64,000 bases of DNA from positions 1 to 64,000 of the forward strand of contig MU006004.1 of NCBI GenBank assembly GCA_010093745.1, read 5' to 3'. The translations under genes and the position numbers were made by a program. Shown here one piece after another: positions 25,216 through 36,911 of this stretch (within the stretch, counting starts at the first letter, position 1; each line of letters opens with the position of its first letter). This DNA comes from Piedraia hortae CBS 480.64. Lineage: Eukaryota. A model generated the notes under the pieces. That model was not told where the DNA came from. It searched no databases and was given only the letters and a program-made list of their open reading frames with translations.

Positions 25216-25766
25216 ATTCGCCAAATCTTCTTTACGACCGAGTGCATGTTTGTTCTCGCCGCAAAAGAGGGCGAAATACCTCTGAAGTATTCATTAGAAC
25301 CCGGAATGAACGTTCTTGAATCAATGCATCCAGCATCAGTTATTTTTTTTCTTTTCTTCTCTTTTCTTTTTCTTTTGATGCTTATGCCAATCTTCTTGGA
25401 AGCTGACGGCGTAGATGATTTCCGCATGAAGTTTGATTTGCAATAAGATATGTTGTGTTTTGCGGAAAAAGATATGATGAACAATGTTATATTTGGCGAG
25501 AAAATGTTGTGCTTTGCGGCAAAGCGCCTGTGATAATCGAAGTTAGCTGCCGGCTTTCAAAATCAAAATTTCAGTGGCCAAGACGCGGGAAAAATGACAC
25601 GCGAGTAGTCGATTGGCTGAATTTAGTTTACAGCTTTGAAGCTCGTCCGAGCAGACCTCAATACGATGAATGCAATGGACAGTACGGTGATTGAACGCAA
25701 TTTTGACAGGTATTTACGCATGTACTCATAAGGGTGTCAGTCTCATAACAACATTCAGACATCAGT

Positions 25767-27782
25767 CTAGTGGTGACCAATGTGCAGCTTGTCCTTCAAC
25801 TTGTCCGTCAATTTCTCCTTCTCTACAGGCGATCCATGAGAGTCTTGAGCGCCAGTAGAGTGAGTTCCGGTAGTGTGCGAACCTGTCTTGGTCGAGTCGC
25901 CCATAGCCGGACCCTCTTTCTGGGGGCCAGAGTCGGGAACATCAGGGACCCTCTTGCTCTCGCCCCAATGCTTCTCCCCCAGACGCTCACCACCAGCAGT
26001 AGGAATTGCATCAGGATTCTCGCGCTTGGCGCTAATCTTGTTGTGCCTGTCTGCGTCTGCCGCGTCCTTGGTTCCAGTTCCTGTGGTTACGTCCCTGTCC
26101 GTCACGTCGCCACCTCGTTTCGCAGCAGTATCCTGTTCTGGGTCTCCAAGTGCCGGATCAGTGGCACCACCAACACCAGCTGCTTTGCGGTGACCGCCGA
26201 CGGCCGCACCCATGGACTCTTCCTCGCCACGAGAAGTGCTGCTCGGAGCGTTGGCCTGGGCGAGACTGCCAGTAGTATCCCGACCAGATCCGGTGGTGCC
26301 ACCCTGGGCATCGCGTCCAGCTCCAGTAGTGCTGCTAGAGTTATCACGTCCAGCTCCAGTGGTGTCGCTATAGGTATCGCGTCCAGCTCCAGCATGGGAA
26401 CCAGCAAGACCACCTGCGGCGGCAGCAGTACCGGCAGCACCGGCAGCACCCAGGCCGGCGGCGGTACCGTACTCAGAGCCCGTGACCCCGCTAGTGGCGC
26501 CGGTATCACCGGCAGGAGCAGCGCCGCCGAGTCCGAGGTATTCCTTCATTGTCTGCATGACGCCCTTTCCGCTTTCATTACTTGTGGTTGCGCCAAGTGG
26601 AGCACTGGTGGAAGTGCTAGGCTCCGTGCCGGAGCGACCGGTGCTGGTAGTCGTACCAAGCGGAGCGCCAGTTGAAGTGCTAGATCCCGTGCCAGTGGGG
26701 TCAGTGCCGGTTGTAGACGAATAGCCACTCATGCCAGTCGAACCAGTCGTGCCAGTCGTGCCAGTCGTGCCAGTCGTAGACGGATAGCCAGCCGTGTCGG
26801 TTGTAGACGAACGGCCAGTCGTGTCGGCGGGACCAACACCACTCCCAGAAGTCGTGGAGTGGCTGGCCGACCCAGCGCTTCCAAGGGCAGCACCTCCTAG
26901 AGCAGCACCGCCAAGGGCACCGGCGGCAGTTTCAGCAGTGTGATGACCACCTGTGCTTCCGACGTTGCTGCCGCCGGTGGTGGTATCGCGACCATAGGTG
27001 CTAGAAGTGTCACCGAGACCGCTGCGCGTAGTGGCCTGATCGCGGCCAGTCAGACCTGAATCAGTGCCCGATTGAGAGCTGGAGTACCCAGTCGAACTAG
27101 TAGGACCGGTATTGGTCGCCGAGGTGCCAGTGGTGTTCTGGTTGGAACCACCAATGCCCGGAATGCTGCTGAGGAGGCCACCGGTGGTGGCGGTGGTGGT
27201 GCCGGTCTCCCGGGTTGAAGTGGTGTTAGAGCTGCCAATACCCGGGATATTGCTCAACAAACCGCCGCCAGTCGTGGAAGAGCCGGTCTGCTGGGATGTG
27301 GTATTGGAACCACCAATTCCGGGAATGCTGCTTAGGAGCCCACCTCCAGTGTTAGACGTTCCAGTGGTAGTAGATCCAGATTGCTGCGAGGCAGTGTTAG
27401 AACCACCCAGTCCGATACTACTGAGCAGACCACCGCCAGTGGTGCCGGTAGTGCCGGTGGTACCACTGGTGCCAGAGTAGGTGCCCGACGAGGCAGTGCT
27501 GCCCAGACCAGTAGACTGCTGCCCAGTTACATCACGGCTTCCAAAGTTGCCCCCCAGGTCGAGGCCGTCGTTCTGAACCTGGCCAATTGTAGAGCCACCG
27601 CCCAGATGCGGCTGTCCACTGGTGGAGGTGCCGCCCAAGTGCTCGCGGCCTTCCTGACGGACGGCGCTTTCGGCAGTGCCGCCAACACCTTGGCCTTGGG
27701 CAATGTTTGGATCGTACATGTTGCCGGCAAGAGTGGGATGAGGGCCCGTAGGCAGATTGGAGCCAGTATTATTCGAACTCAT
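25767..27782 (-). CDS. Gly/Thr/Ser-rich hydrophilic (fungal dehydrin-like/stress) protein
   Basis: Intronless ~671-aa ORF; GPHPTLAGNMYDPNI resembles the fungal dehydrin GPH..N..DP motif; four GGLLS(S/N)I(P)G(L/I)G(G/S)SN repeats; C-terminal KLTDKLKDKLH. Confidence 0.7.
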   Translation of the reverse strand: MSSNNTGSNLPTGPHPTLAGNMYDPNIAQGQGVGGTAESAVRQEGREHLGGTSTSGQPHLGGGSTIGQVQNDGLDLGGNFGSRDVTGQQSTGLGSTASSGTYSGTSGTTGTTGTTGGGLLSSIGLGGSNTASQQSGSTTTGTSNTGGGLLSSIPGIGGSNTTSQQTGSSTTGGGLLSNIPGIGSSNTTSTRETGTTTATTGGLLSSIPGIGGSNQNTTGTSATNTGPTSSTGYSSSQSGTDSGLTGRDQATTRSGLGDTSSTYGRDTTTGGSNVGSTGGHHTAETAAGALGGAALGGAALGSAGSASHSTTSGSGVGPADTTGRSSTTDTAGYPSTTGTTGTTGTTGSTGMSGYSSTTGTDPTGTGSSTSTGAPLGTTTSTGRSGTEPSTSTSAPLGATTSNESGKGVMQTMKEYLGLGGAAPAGDTGATSGVTGSEYGTAAGLGAAGAAGTAAAAGGLAGSHAGAGRDTYSDTTGAGRDNSSSTTGAGRDAQGGTTGSGRDTTGSLAQANAPSSTSRGEEESMGAAVGGHRKAAGVGGATDPALGDPEQDTAAKRGGDVTDRDVTTGTGTKDAADADRHNKISAKRENPDAIPTAGGERLGEKHWGESKRVPDVPDSGPQKEGPAMGDSTKTGSHTTGTHSTGAQDSHGSPVEKEKLTDKLKDKLHIGHH

Positions 27783-27999
27783 TATGAAAAGTGTAGGGTT
27801 GAGAGAGTAGGAAGGTCGTGGAAGGGAACTGAGCCTTGCACCCGCGGCTTTAAAGAGGGGTGAACAAGGGAGTGTTAGTGACGTGATGATGACGTCATTT
27901 TGCTTTGTTGAAACTTGATTCATGCCTGTCTGCGCGCATCAACGGCTGTCTAGCGAATCAATACAGCCGTATTCACCGAAATAGATAATGTAACAGGCT

Positions 28000-29873
28000 T
28001 TATCTTTCCCGCCGGCGCGACCACAGCGACCGTGAACGGTTCCTGAGCTTTCCTGTCCCATCACTGCTTGATTCTCGTGGGTTCGCATCATTCATGTATT
28101 TTGGCTTGTAGATCCTGATCAAGGTTAGTGAAGCCGGACGGAAACGTGATGGAGGGCGTACCAGCTATTGCCTGCAACGTGAACGCCTCCAGTGGCTGCT
28201 TGGCGGTACAGAGCCGCTGATTTCTTTAGGTCTTTCTTGCAGCCAATGCCTTGTGAATAACAATAGGCCGCCTCTGTAAGCGCATCACAGTCACCCCAGC
28301 GACCTGCCACCTCATAGCAGCGCAGCGCCAGCGCACGGTCCTTGGAGCAGCCCCAGCCGTTCATGTAACTGATGCCAAGTTCATATAGCGCCAGCGCAAA
28401 CTGAGCTCGGCGTGCAGGATCAGGATCCGGGGATGGGAAGTCGGTCTCATCTGAATCGGGGGTACGAATGTCCTCGAGCGCTTTTCGAAGCCATTTGACC
28501 CCCTCTTCGGCATTGGCTCGCGTGCCCCATCCATGCCGGCATGCAAGTGCGTATAACAACATGGCAGTTGGCAGACCTGCCTGTGCCGCGAAACGCAAAT
28601 GATAAGCCGACTTACCAAGTGCACCGGCCGCATGCGCTTGGATGCCCGTTTCCAAATGCTGCTCGGGAGCCATCTGTGACGCACTCCCCGGTGTTGATAT
28701 TGGAGGGCGTTCTGACGCTGCCAAAGGCCGTCTCAGCCCCGTGCACCGTCCTTCAGACCCTGCTGATCGACTGCTGACCGAGCGATTGCTCTGGACTGGT
28801 GTTAAGGGTGGCCTTCCTCTAGGAGTTTGCTCCGAAACAGCTGATGCGGGAGAGGAGGGTGAGCCGCCACTCCCTTGCCTTTGTCGCGGGGGCCAAAGCC
28901 GGAGATCTGTCAACAAGGGTCGAGGAAGATTTGGCTGCATGGAAGATGATGTGATAGGACGAGTAATTGGATCTGGCTGAGGGCAAAAGTAATCTGTTGG
29001 CGTGGGCTGCAGTCCAGGCGTTTCCCATCGTTCACTGGCAAACGGTGTATGAGCAGAAAGGTCGGAATTTGCCCGAGAGAGTGGGAGTAGCTCAGCGTGA
29101 GCCCCAGATGGGGGAAGAGAATCGCCTGAAAATTGGCGTATAGCTTCCTTGCCCGATGCTCTGCCCAAGCTGCTCGGTTTCTTAGCAAAAGCAATGGGTT
29201 GCGAGAAGTTTTTACTACCAGGCCGGGAGATGCTCGGGGATGCATGGAATTGCGCAGGACCAACTGATGAAACTGAAACCAGAGAGGGCGAACGACACAT
29301 TGACCGAGACTCTGGCAAGAACGGGGAAGTTGGTTGCGCCTTTCCGCTGCTTCCGGAGAAAGTCCGATTTGTTGAAAGGGTTGGCATGGACGACTGTGCG
29401 TCCGGATCCGATGGTTTCGGCGATTCATTCGTGTTGGTGGCAAGGTATTCATCTTGCAGCTCAGCCGTCGCATTATCGGCGTCATCCTGGGCGATTTGGC
29501 CTAGCATGGGATACTGGCTGAGCGGCCGCTGAGACAACAGAGGCTGTTGCGGTTCCACAGGAGAAGCATCTTCAACTGTGGTCTCGGCCTCGCTGGGACA
29601 GCGGAAGAATTCAGGGCGACTGGCCAAGCTCTTGGCGACTGTGGTCGCCGGCAAGCGACTCAGCCTCTTGCCGCCGGTAGCCGCCTGGTCAAAATGCTTG
29701 GCAAGGATGCGCGACTGTAGCGCAAAGGCATCCAGCGGAGACAGGGCTGGCGGAATTTCACCGGCACGGGGAGACGGCAGGTGTGGAGAGGGCAGGGTTA
29801 TGAATGGGGGCTTGGAGGACTCTGAAGGGGATGAGGATGCGGCGAGATGAAGTCTCGGCGGGCGGGGACCCAT
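28000..29873 (-). CDS. Sel1-like repeat protein, DSF2/Nif1-like
   Basis: EIPPALSPLDAFALQSR, then Sel1 repeats (AMLLYALACRHGWG, ALYELGISYMNGWG, AAYCYSQGIGCKKDLKKSA). Intron 28161-28115 yields the conserved GNSWIYKPKY. Confidence 0.85.
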
Positions 29874-30455
29874 TGTGCAACACTCAAAGGGCGCGAGCCC
29901 TGCAATGAAGTGGAATATCCATACAAGAGAGGATGAATGGTGAGGTCGCAGAGGTTGAAACACGGCTCAAGCTCGGTGAGTCAGGAGATGATGGGGGAGA
30001 TTCGCAACGCCACACCCAACACGACGTAGGCCAATTGCATCACACCCTCGACGACCTCACCTGATCTCACCTGTGGCTAGTCGCCTATTACACTGGAAGC
30101 AACAGCTAACCACCACACGCAAAGGCGCGGATACGACGAGGCCATGTGCCACTGTGTGCAACAAGTCTCCGATGCTGACGCAGGGCAAATGAAACGTAAA
30201 CTCAATTTCGCCCAATGGTTGATTGATGCTTCTGTCATGCCAAAAATAGCCGACACTTTCCAATGATAAGATGCCATTCAGACGTCGGTAGAGCTCAGTT
30301 AATTGGAGTCTGTAGAAGACCTATTTCATCCGTGTTACACATATCGCGCTGTAGAACGGAAAGTCTGATTCGTCTAATTAGTCAGTCACGTGCGCGCCAC
30401 GTGCTTCAATCAACCTCACCTCTTGCGACATTCCATCCAGCGTCCAGAGTGGCTA

Positions 30456-32363
30456 ATGGAGTACGCTGGGGCTTATGTTTTTAGTCCGGAGGAACCACCT
30501 GCTAAACGACGTCGGCACAATGCGGTCGGTTTGCAGGCTTCTTGGCCCCGACGTCTTCAGACTTATCAGGAACTGTGGACCGAGCTTCATGATGAAATCA
30601 ATCGTGCACGAACGGATATAAATGTTTCTACCATTTCAGCTATTGCGGCCTTCTTGGATGCAGCCATACATAATGCTGAGAATGGTATTCCGACTGCTAT
30701 TGTACGAACACAAATAGGAGCGAGCGCAGAAGACTCCATCGCAGGGAAACTTCAACATGTTCCTGGCAAGGCCACAACATTCATTCGCTCTGGCTCTGGG
30801 GCGAATCTCAAATCTGTTCTCAAATCGCTGATCAATCAGGCAATCCAAGCCACTTCGGCGGAGGACGATGACGAGGATGATGTCTTTGAAGGCAATCGCC
30901 ATCTTCTTAAATACGATTTACAAATTTTGGCTGATTTTGTTCGTGAACGTGGAATCAGGCAGGTTTTGGTATTTTTCGAAGATCCTGAAGCGTTTAACAG
31001 TCACTTGTTGTCCGAGCTCATAGAATTGCTCGACTGTTGGAGGGACCGCATACCCTTTGCGTGTCTCTTTACAGTTGCTACGTCCGTTGACTTCCTTCAG
31101 CAACGTCTCTCAGTCGGCGCTGTAAAATGCCTTCGCGGTCGGTCGTTCACCGTTGCACCGGCTGAAGCGGTCATTGAACGTCTCTTCGCCGTGGCCATTG
31201 CTGGAGAGAGGGTCTGGATTGGGCCTTCGGTCATGAGCATGGCCTTAGAACGGCAAAGAGATTACGTTTACAATCCTGATGCCCTTGTTGACGCTATCCA
31301 ATATGCCTACATGTCTCATTTCTACGCCAATGCCGTAAGCATCTTCCTCTCTTCAGACTGGTCGACCATACCGAGTGATCATTACGAAGCAGTGCGTCAT
31401 CTTCCTTCCTTTCGCCCACTTATTCGTCAGTGGCTCGACAAGGGCGAGACTGCTCGTGCAAAGGGTGCGCTTGAGTCTGATGAACAGCTACAAGAGAGCA
31501 TGGAACCTATACTTGCCAGCAATAGGAAGAAAATGTCGAAGATAATTTTTGCCATTGAACTATACCGCATCCTCCAGCGCCAAATCCCGGACGTAAGCGA
31601 GACGCCCCTGTCCAAGCTGTATGTTCAGGCCATACATGGCAAGCTTGCAAGGTCGCCGGCCCTTCGAACGTTGTTGTTGACAATCCGACGACAGCCATCG
31701 GAAGTTGCTTGTGCTCTCATGCGTGCAGTGGCTGAGCACGACGATGACTTGGCAGATTGTGGAAACCTGGCAGACGAGCTGGAGGTACTAGCAACAGGTA
31801 CCACGGCTCCATTAAAAAGTGGAGACCATCCGGGCCAAACAGTTCGAACAACCGTAGTTGGGCGCCAAGTAGAACTCAGCAAGCAGCCTACTGCACTATC
31901 GCGGGACGACGCAGCGTACACTGCCCTGCTCCGACGATTGACGGACAAACTAGATGGATACTTCAACGCAAACCTGATAGATCCGAAGACATTGGCATTG
32001 CACGAGATCTTTATCTACGATCTCAAATCGCCCTCCCGCGAGGTCTTGACGCCTAGACCGCGCCATGCAATTGAGCGAGCGTTGGCGTCGCCGCATGATT
32101 ACCTTGATTGTGGATGCTGCGCAGAAGGATCGGGCCAGCAGCCTGCAACAGCAGTTCTCTATCAGCTATATTTGGAGACGGGGAGCTTGGTCAATGTGAG
32201 CGATTTGTGGACTGCATACTCGGCTGTTGTAGAAAACATTGAAGAAAATGAGGCCACGGCTCTCTTCCAAAGGGGCTTGGCAGAGTTGCGAATGCTAGGT
32301 ATGGTCAAACCAACACGAAGGAAGGTTGACCACATTGCCAAGACCATGTGGAAAGGGCTGTAA
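30456..32363 (+). CDS. ORC3: Origin recognition complex subunit 3
   Basis: IPTAIV, YDLQILADF, FEDPEAF..LLSELI, QYAYMSHFYAN, HEIFIYD, PRPRHAIERALASPHDYL, and the C-terminal winged-helix tail LYQLYLETG..FQRGLAELRMLGMVKPTRRKVDH. Confidence 0.92.
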   Translation: MEYAGAYVFSPEEPPAKRRRHNAVGLQASWPRRLQTYQELWTELHDEINRARTDINVSTISAIAAFLDAAIHNAENGIPTAIVRTQIGASAEDSIAGKLQHVPGKATTFIRSGSGANLKSVLKSLINQAIQATSAEDDDEDDVFEGNRHLLKYDLQILADFVRERGIRQVLVFFEDPEAFNSHLLSELIELLDCWRDRIPFACLFTVATSVDFLQQRLSVGAVKCLRGRSFTVAPAEAVIERLFAVAIAGERVWIGPSVMSMALERQRDYVYNPDALVDAIQYAYMSHFYANAVSIFLSSDWSTIPSDHYEAVRHLPSFRPLIRQWLDKGETARAKGALESDEQLQESMEPILASNRKKMSKIIFAIELYRILQRQIPDVSETPLSKLYVQAIHGKLARSPALRTLLLTIRRQPSEVACALMRAVAEHDDDLADCGNLADELEVLATGTTAPLKSGDHPGQTVRTTVVGRQVELSKQPTALSRDDAAYTALLRRLTDKLDGYFNANLIDPKTLALHEIFIYDLKSPSREVLTPRPRHAIERALASPHDYLDCGCCAEGSGQQPATAVLYQLYLETGSLVNVSDLWTAYSAVVENIEENEATALFQRGLAELRMLGMVKPTRRKVDHIAKTMWKGL

Positions 32364-32432
32364 ACGCTGTAGAATGGTAATCGAATAAGTAACAAGTTAA
32401 TATCAATGCTCATTAGGTGGCCGTTTTCCACA

Positions 32433-33044
32433 TCAATGACAAGCAACAGATTTTTCCACTGGCTCATCCGCACTAAAGATCATGTAGCCGAAGAATGCAC
32501 CTACAGTAACTGCCAGCATGATCCAGCCATTGTATGTCATAAACAGCAGCCTTCGAAGGGTCAGCATTCTCACGATTTAACATTCTCGACCCACATGATA
32601 AAGAAGGAATAAGCGACTTGGATCGCATAAAGGGCTGCTTTGACAATTCTCGACTTTTGCAAGCTTCTTGCCTGGTGATGCGTATTCGGCGGTAGCAAAG
32701 CTGATCTCTCTGCTGCAGTCTATCAACCAATGCATAACTCATACAGAATGATCAACATACTGGTGCCATGAGCAGGAGGTCCACAATCACATGTCCTGGC
32801 AACTTTCCTCACTCCTTCGTAGCCAGCTGTGAGGAAAACTATGACGATTAATGATACGATCAAAGAGAAAGTAGAAGTAATTCTCCAGTTTGGAAAGATA
32901 ATGCACAGGTTTTTGAACGACCAGGTGAAGGACATCTATCAATATTTGTCAGGTGGGGGGGGAGGGGGGTCAGTCGATTTGATCCAGACGTACGTTCATA
33001 CTACACATGTCATCCATACCACTCATCTTGTCGTGAGAATGCAT
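32433..33044 (-). CDS. CTR2: Ctr-family copper transporter (Ctr2-like), 4 exons
   Basis: His/Met-rich N-terminus MHSHDKMSGMDDMCSMN, M.FTW..NLCIIF..W, MxxxM motif (MLLFMTYNGW), G...G in TM3, C-terminal ACH. Introns include 32993-32936 and 32594-32551. Confidence 0.88.
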
Positions 33045-33427
33045 CTTCCCAGAGGACAAGAGACCCCACATCCTGAGTTCGCACGCAATCCTCGGGCTTA
33101 CCTCGGGTCCCCGCCCAGCCCCACCTGTTTGCTTGACGGAGCGTGCCATCCAACCACGTCGCTCTTCATCTGGTGGAACGGCAACCTACGCCTTGAACCA
33201 GCATAAATCTCTCAATGCTTTGGTCCTGCATGGGTGCAGTCTACATGAACTGCCGTACCCGGAAATGCACCTTCAGAGGCCATGCATCGGCAACGTACAT
33301 GTTAATAAGCATTTGTAGACCCGGCATATGCAGAGAAGCTGTAGTACCCCGCAACGACGGCAGTGAAATAGGGCCTTTTTGAATGACTGCTCCAATCCGC
33401 CGCGCCTTCCAGCGGAGGCTTTATACC

Positions 33428-34983
33428 ATGCTTCCCAAGGATGACCAACTCGATCCGGCAATGGCCGAAGTCTCCGAGCAAGACGCAAAGCCAAGTAGGC
33501 CATTCACTAGAAAACGATATCTCGGGACGTTACTGTTCAATCTCGCCGCATTCTCCCTACCAGCACTCTATGCTACACTGAGTAAGCTTTGGGTGGCCGA
33601 TATCGATTCTGATATGGTTGCCACAACCGACACTTTCACATATATCGGCATCATAGTTGAGGTAATCAACGAAGGACTGCCACGTGCTGCCTGGACCGTA
33701 ATTGGCGACAAGACGAACAGACCGATAGCTGATCGGCACAGGCTGTCCTACACGCTGATCTTGGTTCAAAGCATATTTGGCCTGATACTCTCGGTTGTTT
33801 TTGTCGCAGCTGCCGAACAGTTCTCAAGCGCCTTTGTTCCTCGTGAAATTCGCCACAACTCCCTCACTTATGTGCGCATTGCAGCGTTTTCTTCTCTTGC
33901 ATCAGCGATAGAATATGCGACTGCCAATGCAACAAGGGCACTTGACCAGCCGGATGTACCCTTGCTAATCAGCTCCGTCAAGTTCATCATCAACATCATT
34001 CTTGACATGATTCTCGTCTCCAAGTTTCACGTCCACGGTATCACGCCAACGGTGAACACTCAAGCAGCAACACAGCTAGCTTGTGGTCTTGCTGCCTCAT
34101 TCGCTGGATTAGCTTATTTTCTCATTACAACTTTCCGCCAACGACGCTCAGGTGAGCCTGTGCGACCGAGTTTCATGGCTTTGAAAGATCTGGCAAAGCC
34201 GGGTGTGTATACATTTGCTGAATCCGCCATACGCAATGCACTCTACGCCTGGCTTGTCAGTGGTATTGTCAAAATGGGTTTGGACTATACCACGGCTTGG
34301 GGGGTAAGTTTTTTCCTCTTCTTTATCACCAGTGATAACAATATGAACAGGTTTTCAACACCATCCGCTGGGGCCTAGTCATGGTTCCTGTGCAAGCATT
34401 AGAGGCAACATCCCTGGTCTTTGTTTCCCACGCATGGGGAAGATGGCAGGCGCAGCCAGCCTCTCGTGCCTCATTGTCACGGTTTTACCGTGAGTGCAAC
34501 CTTTCAACCCATGCAATGGACTAACCTCTTTAAGCCCTCATATACCCTCCACTACTTTCCTGCCTAATGGTTCTTATCTTTGAGGTCCCCATTTGCCTTG
34601 GATTGTCATTTTCCGGCGCACATCGCTTTGCGCAATACCTTTCAGGCTCGATTAAAGTATCACTCATCACTCAGAAGATGTGGAAGTCGATTGACTGGTG
34701 CTACATTTTCTACGCAGTGTCTACGCAAATGGCCACACTGCTTCTCGCCACGCGCCCGCGGTGGTATCTATACCAGTCCCTCATCAGCAATCTATGCTGG
34801 GTCTTGCCATGGGCAATCGTCATGGCGAAGATCAACATCAACCCTGACAATGCGTGGTCGTATCACGCAATAGTCTTTGGTGGGAGTCTCGTCTTCAGTT
34901 TCGCTGACATCCTCATTGTAGACGTCATTTGGGCGTGGCGTATCTTGAGAGAAAGACGAGTTCAAAGAGCGCAAAGCGATTGA
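33428..34983 (+). CDS. Multi-pass membrane protein, MATE/MviN-like
   Basis: Many hydrophobic helices; [24 protein letters not shown]. Introns 34304-34350 and 34490-34534 join the ORFs ([14 protein letters not shown]). Start codon uncertain. Confidence 0.7.
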
Positions 34984-35015
34984 TTCAACAGATATTTATG
35001 CCATGCAATGCTATG

Positions 35016-36275
35016 CTAATTACTAACAACCATGATTAATTTCTTCAGATCTTCTTTTCTTTTCTCCTCCTTTCTGGCCAACCTCTGTTCCTTGATCTCA
35101 CCCACGCGTTGCATCACCCTTTCCAACGGCCCTGGTTTGACCTTTTCCCGATCAACCAATCTCACCGCATCCTTGACCTTTTTTGCGGCAACACCCACTC
35201 TTTCGAACTCGATACGTGGCACGATCGGAATATCACCCTTTTCCACGACAATTTTCATCTCCCCCTGATCTTCAAACTCGTCCTCCTCCATCAGCGCATC
35301 ATGCCTTCTCCGCTGAACTTTCTTCCGAGGCATAACATGCGGATAGAACATGGACTCAGTCTTTTTCTGCCTCGAAGACAAAACCGAGCTCCCCGAGCGA
35401 AGCGACCCTTTCGAAGCGAGTGAAGAATGCGAAACATGAGAACTGTGTCTGCCTCGTTCAGCGAAAAGCGCACTCCTCTCTTCCACAGAGATCTGTCTTT
35501 TCGCTTCGCTGACGAATGGCGGGAAGAGCGTTGACTTTTCACCCTCAACCGAACTCAGACTTAGTCCCTCCTCGCTGGGTCGCCCTCGGTGATGCTGTGG
35601 GGAGGGAGGCGACGCGTTTAGCAAAGCTCCATGCGAAACTGCATATGAAGCTCCATATGAAGCCGCATGCGAAACAGTGTGAACAGCAATCTGCGGAGGT
35701 CCTTGCATTTGATTAGGAAACTCACCCCCAATCCTCCCCCTCCCGCCTACCTCACTCTCACTCTGCCAACCAACCCCCGAATCCGCCCCAGAAGGTGGTC
35801 TAATCGGCCGAAGCGGTTTCGGAGCAAGTAACCCCCAATCCCTTCCCTCCTCTTGTCCCGAACTAGGAAGCCACTCCTCACTCCCGTCAACCTCCTCAAC
35901 ATAATAATCCACCGACGACAATCTTCGGTGTGTCAGCCTCGCAGGCGGCAGCAGTGGAGACGCCCTCCGAACCTCACCCCCCAAAGGACTAAACCTCGCG
36001 TCAGATTGGCTGAATAGCGATGAAGAGCGCTTGATAAGCCTCGGTCTTGAAAGCGCTGAAGGGGACGGGATTCCAATATAAATCGTCTGTTCCGAATCGT
36101 CTTCGTGGGAGGCTCTGTCGGTTTCTCTTGGTCGGAGGGATGGTTCATCTAGCGCGACGTGGGAAAATCGTGAGAAGTGGCTCGCCGCGAAGCGACCCTC
36201 TGCGGATCCCGCCCCCCGGCGTGAATTCCCCGGTGGCATCCTAGCAACAAATTCCCTAAACGACGGCACCTCCAT
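35016..36275 (-). CDS. Hypothetical disordered S/R/P-rich protein
   Basis: Uninterrupted ~419-codon ORF between conserved genes, ending in a charged helix (EEKRKEDLKKLIMVV). Confidence 0.6.
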   Translation of the reverse strand: MEVPSFREFVARMPPGNSRRGAGSAEGRFAASHFSRFSHVALDEPSLRPRETDRASHEDDSEQTIYIGIPSPSALSRPRLIKRSSSLFSQSDARFSPLGGEVRRASPLLPPARLTHRRLSSVDYYVEEVDGSEEWLPSSGQEEGRDWGLLAPKPLRPIRPPSGADSGVGWQSESEVGGRGRIGGEFPNQMQGPPQIAVHTVSHAASYGASYAVSHGALLNASPPSPQHHRGRPSEEGLSLSSVEGEKSTLFPPFVSEAKRQISVEERSALFAERGRHSSHVSHSSLASKGSLRSGSSVLSSRQKKTESMFYPHVMPRKKVQRRRHDALMEEDEFEDQGEMKIVVEKGDIPIVPRIEFERVGVAAKKVKDAVRLVDREKVKPGPLERVMQRVGEIKEQRLARKEEKRKEDLKKLIMVVSN

Positions 36276-36911
36276 CCCATTTAGAAACGACTTTCCCTGT
36301 GGTGCTGGACACACTTTTTCTTTCTTTTTTATTCTCAAAATGAGAGGGAAGGTGGCTCGTTATATTGCAGCAAAACACAAATTATTGGCAAAGGACAAAT
36401 TACACAAAGAGAGTGAGACAATGAATCGACGGATGGGGATAAAGGATTTTTTTCACAGACAGGGGAGGGGGATGGATGCTTCGCTTTTTGGGGGGTGTGT
36501 GAGATGGGATGTTTGATGTATTGGGGAGAGGGGAGGAGGGGTGGTATGGGAGAAAAGTACATATGGATTGGTTAGGGTGAGGTCTATGTGCATGGGTGTT
36601 TATATGGTGGAGAGATGGTTTGAGTGATGGAGGACAAGGAGTGGGACAAAGGGTTTCATTACAGCTGTGCTCTTCACTGTTGTGATAATAAGACATCTGC
36701 CGGGCTATTTTGACTAAGACGGGGGTTACAAGCATGTGCTGGATACGAGGGTTTCAACGTGTAGGCCATTGGCATTGTACAATGGAGGCTTGACTAAAAC
36801 TCTGCAGATGAAGCAGTTCAAGCGGCAGTATGAACTCCTAACCCTTATTAACACTGTGCACGCAAAATTAAGATCACCCTCATATATCCATTCACTACTC
36901 ATATTCGCAGA

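Noticed and set aside
25215..25530. MITE-like insertion at the 5' end of the Fot1 relic (TCGCCAAAT / CCGCAAAA inverted patches)
   Set aside because: The inverted similarity is patchy and AT-rich; no ends or TSD can be defined.
25770..27863. Long antisense ORFs over the Gly/Thr-rich gene (and similar ones over KRE33, GT90 and PWWP)
   Set aside because: Shadow frames caused by GC-rich codon bias.
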